Shown here in pieces: positions 1 to 1,188 of a stretch of 1,188 bases of DNA. The notes beneath the pieces were generated by a model. It ran no database searches, was not told where the DNA came from, and worked only from the letters and a program-made list of their open reading frames with translations. The translations under genes were made by a program, and so were the position numbers. The stretch is taken from sequence record OR846228.1. One strand, given 5' to 3'. The number at the start of each line of letters is the position of its first letter. Positions within the stretch are counted from its first letter, which is position 1. Source of the DNA: a phage.

Positions 1-55
1 TTCTTCGAATCCCGATTCCCTGAGCTGTTAAAGCTGCTCGATACCGTTCATTGAG

Positions 56-1051
56 GTGACCGTGAGAGCACTACTGACTCCTGAAATTGCCCCGCGTATG
101 GGGATCGTATTGTTCAGACCCGGTTCAGAGCTGATGCCCCTGTTTATGCAGGGGCGTGTCCTGCTGGAGCCTGAGCCGGAACGTTATTCATCTTTCGCCA
201 GTGGTGCCGTTCCGGCGGCATCACAACCGCTGGCGGATGATCCTGCCGTTCGGGCCGTGTTCCGCAATGAGGCAGTGATCCGTCGTGCTGGTGGCGTGGA
301 ATGTCTTGAAAGCTGGTTACTTCGTGAAAAAGGCTGCCAGTGGCCTCATTCCGACTGGCACAGCGAGAACATGACCACAATGCGACACGCTCCGGGCGCA
401 ATCCGTCTGTGCTGGCACTGCGATAACCAGCTGCGCGATCAGTTCACGGAACGGCTGGAATCAATGGCAACGGATAACTGTGCCCGCTGGGTGTTGTCTG
501 TTGTGCGTCGGGATCTCGGTTTTGATGACAGTCACGTTGTGACAATGCCGGAACTGTGCTGGTGGCTGATTCGTAATGACCTGGCGGATGCCTTACCGGA
601 AAGTGCAGCCCGTAAGGCACTGAGATTACCAAAGCCTGTTGTGCCGTCTGTCACCCGGGAAAGTGACCTTGTGCCTTCGGTTCCTGCCACCAGCATCATC
701 CAGGATAAAGCGAAAAAGGTGCTGGCGCTGAAAGTGGATCCGGAGTCGCCGGAGTCTTTTATGTTACGCCCAAAACGTCGCCGCTGGGTTAATGAAAAGT
801 ACACGCGCTGGGTTAAGACACAGCCGTGGGCATGTTGTGGAAAGCCCGCTGATGATCCCCACCACCTGATAGGCCACGGTCAGTGTGGAATGGGTACAAA
901 AGCGCATGACCTTTTTGTGTTGCCTTTGTGCAGAAAGCATCACGACGAGCTGCATGCGGATACCGTGGCATTTGAAGAGAAGTATGGCTCTCAGCTGGAG
1001 CTGATATTTCGTTTTATCGATCGTGCGCTGGCAATTGGCGTACTGGCGTAA
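56..1051 (+). CDS. Uncharacterised lambdoid-prophage protein, DUF968 / YdfU-like family; Cys/His-rich, possible HNH-like nuclease domain at C-terminus
   Basis: Longest ORF in the window (331 codons, GTG 56 to TAA 1049-1051), in frame with stop TAA 29-31 upstream. All four minus-strand ORFs are nested antisense within it. It sits immediately upstream of a Q-antiterminator homolog, matching the ydfU-quuQ arrangement I recall from the E. coli K-12 Qin prophage. Conserved-looking C-terminal motif WACCG...DPHH...GHGQCG...LCRKHHDELH. Start codon is uncertain: GTG 56 is the first canonical start but has no well-spaced SD; alternatives are GTG 62 and ATG 98. Family assignment is from memory, not a search. 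Confidence 0.8.
   Translation: MTVRALLTPEIAPRMGIVLFRPGSELMPLFMQGRVLLEPEPERYSSFASGAVPAASQPLADDPAVRAVFRNEAVIRRAGGVECLESWLLREKGCQWPHSDWHSENMTTMRHAPGAIRLCWHCDNQLRDQFTERLESMATDNCARWVLSVVRRDLGFDDSHVVTMPELCWWLIRNDLADALPESAARKALRLPKPVVPSVTRESDLVPSVPATSIIQDKAKKVLALKVDPESPESFMLRPKRRRWVNEKYTRWVKTQPWACCGKPADDPHHLIGHGQCGMGTKAHDLFVLPLCRKHHDELHADTVAFEEKYGSQLELIFRFIDRALAIGVLA
596..688 (+). repeat. Imperfect in-frame direct duplication within the CDS (cGGAAAGTG...TTGTGCCgTCtGT / gGGAAAGTG...TTGTGCCtTCgGT), encoding PES...VPSV and RES...VPSV
   Basis: Read directly: the 9-mers c/gGGAAAGTG at 597-605 and 657-665, and TTGTGCC followed by near-identical bases at 639-652 and 669-682. The encoded VPSV tetrapeptides are exactly 10 residues apart (aa 196-199 and 206-209). 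Confidence 0.55.
740..757 (+). repeat. Tandem 9-bp in-frame repeat CCGGAGTCG / CCGGAGTCT encoding Pro-Glu-Ser twice
   Basis: Read directly: 740-748 ccggagtcg, 749-757 ccggagtct; translation DPESPESF (aa 228-235). Confidence 0.7.
782..816 (+). repeat. Exact 11-bp direct repeat CGCTGGGTTAA, copies 24 bp apart and in frame, encoding R-W-V-(N/K) twice
   Basis: Read directly: cgctgggttaa at 782-792 and 806-816; protein RRWVNEKYTRWVK (aa 242-254). Confidence 0.7.
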
Positions 1052-1057
1052 GTGGAG
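1052..1057 (+). promoter_or_regulatory. Shine-Dalgarno / ribosome binding site for the Q-family gene (GTGGAG)
   Basis: GGAG at 1054-1057 lies 7 nt upstream of ATG 1065, directly after the upstream TAA stop (1049-1051). Spacing is canonical. Confidence 0.7.
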
Positions 1058-1064
1058 AACGAGC

Positions 1065-1188
1065 ATGAACTTTGAAGCCTTACCGAAATATTACTCCCCA
1101 AAATCTCCAAAATTGAGCGATGACGCACCGGCGACAGGCTCTGGTGGTTTAACAATTACGGATGTGATGGCTGCGCAGGGGATGGTGC
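1065..1188 (+). CDS. quuQ: Lambda Q-family late-gene antitermination protein, N-terminal 41 codons only (continues beyond window end)
   Basis: ATG 1065 preceded by GGAG at 1054-1057 (7-nt spacer). Translation MNFEALPKYYSPKSPKLSDDAPATGSGGLTITDVMAAQGMV aligns without gaps to the lambda Q N-terminus as I recall it (MRLESVAKFHSPKSPMMSDSPRATASDSLSGTDVMAAMGMA), sharing the SPKSP and TDVMAA-GM blocks and roughly half of positions. Symbol quuQ is given by analogy to the Qin prophage Q homolog; the exact ortholog is not verified. Confidence 0.85.
   Translation, partial: MNFEALPKYYSPKSPKLSDDAPATGSGGLTITDVMAAQGMV

Noticed and set aside
1-55. Possible promoter upstream of the first ORF
   Set aside because: No convincing sigma70 -35/-10 pair with proper spacing is visible in this short stretch. 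In lambdoid phages this region is normally transcribed by read-through from pR, so a dedicated promoter is not expected.
136-155. Perfect 7-bp GC-rich inverted repeat GCCCCTG / CAGGGGC with 6-nt loop TTTATG, which could be taken for a terminator hairpin
   Set aside because: It lies inside the coding region (codons about 27-33), is not followed by a U-tract, and partly reflects the encoded residues. It may form an mRNA hairpin but there is no support for it as an intrinsic terminator or regulatory element.
102-1022. Apparent mild enrichment of GATC (Dam) sites, about nine across the window
   Set aside because: The count is only roughly twice the random expectation for about 1.2 kb and shows no clustering. 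It is not distinguishable from chance without a genome-wide background.
98-1051. Alternative shorter CDS starting at the first ATG (position 98)
   Set aside because: No SD-like sequence precedes ATG 98, and the upstream in-frame GTG codons give a longer ORF. Kept only as an alternative start within the main CDS feature.
144-1066. Four minus-strand ORFs from the six-frame track (144..401, 444..632, 532..804, 764..1066; 62-100 aa each)
   Set aside because: All are fully nested antisense to the long + strand ORF. Their translations are low-complexity and Arg/Ser/Pro/His-rich, typical of antisense frames of a coding region. None has a recognisable RBS or matches a protein family I know; the last one also runs antisense across the Q start. 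They are most likely spurious.
1-1188. Mobile element, CRISPR array or RNA gene
   Set aside because: No terminal inverted repeats, no regularly spaced repeat-spacer structure, and no tRNA/rRNA-like sequence are present. The only repeats are short in-frame duplications within the CDS.

Overview
The window is almost entirely coding on the + strand and looks like the nin-region/Q junction of a lambdoid (Qin-like) enterobacterial prophage. One complete 331-codon ORF (56..1051) encodes a Cys/His-rich protein that I recognise at family level as the DUF968 / YdfU-like group of uncharacterised prophage proteins. After a 13-nt spacer carrying a GGAG Shine-Dalgarno, a second ORF begins (1065..>1188, runs off the window) whose first 41 residues align closely with the N-terminus of the phage lambda Q late-gene antiterminator as I recall it. 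I see no rRNA/tRNA, CRISPR array, IS element or convincing intrinsic terminator. The most interesting content is the DUF968-like protein itself: an N-terminal Cys cluster, a Pro/Ser-rich linker built from short direct repeats, and a C-terminal HNH-like (His-Me finger-like) Cys/His motif. Its function is unknown and it occupies the slot where lambda carries ninG/ninH/ninI. The window shows a conserved but uncharacterised single gene, not a demonstrable multi-gene novel system. All similarity statements are from memory and direct reading, with no database search run.
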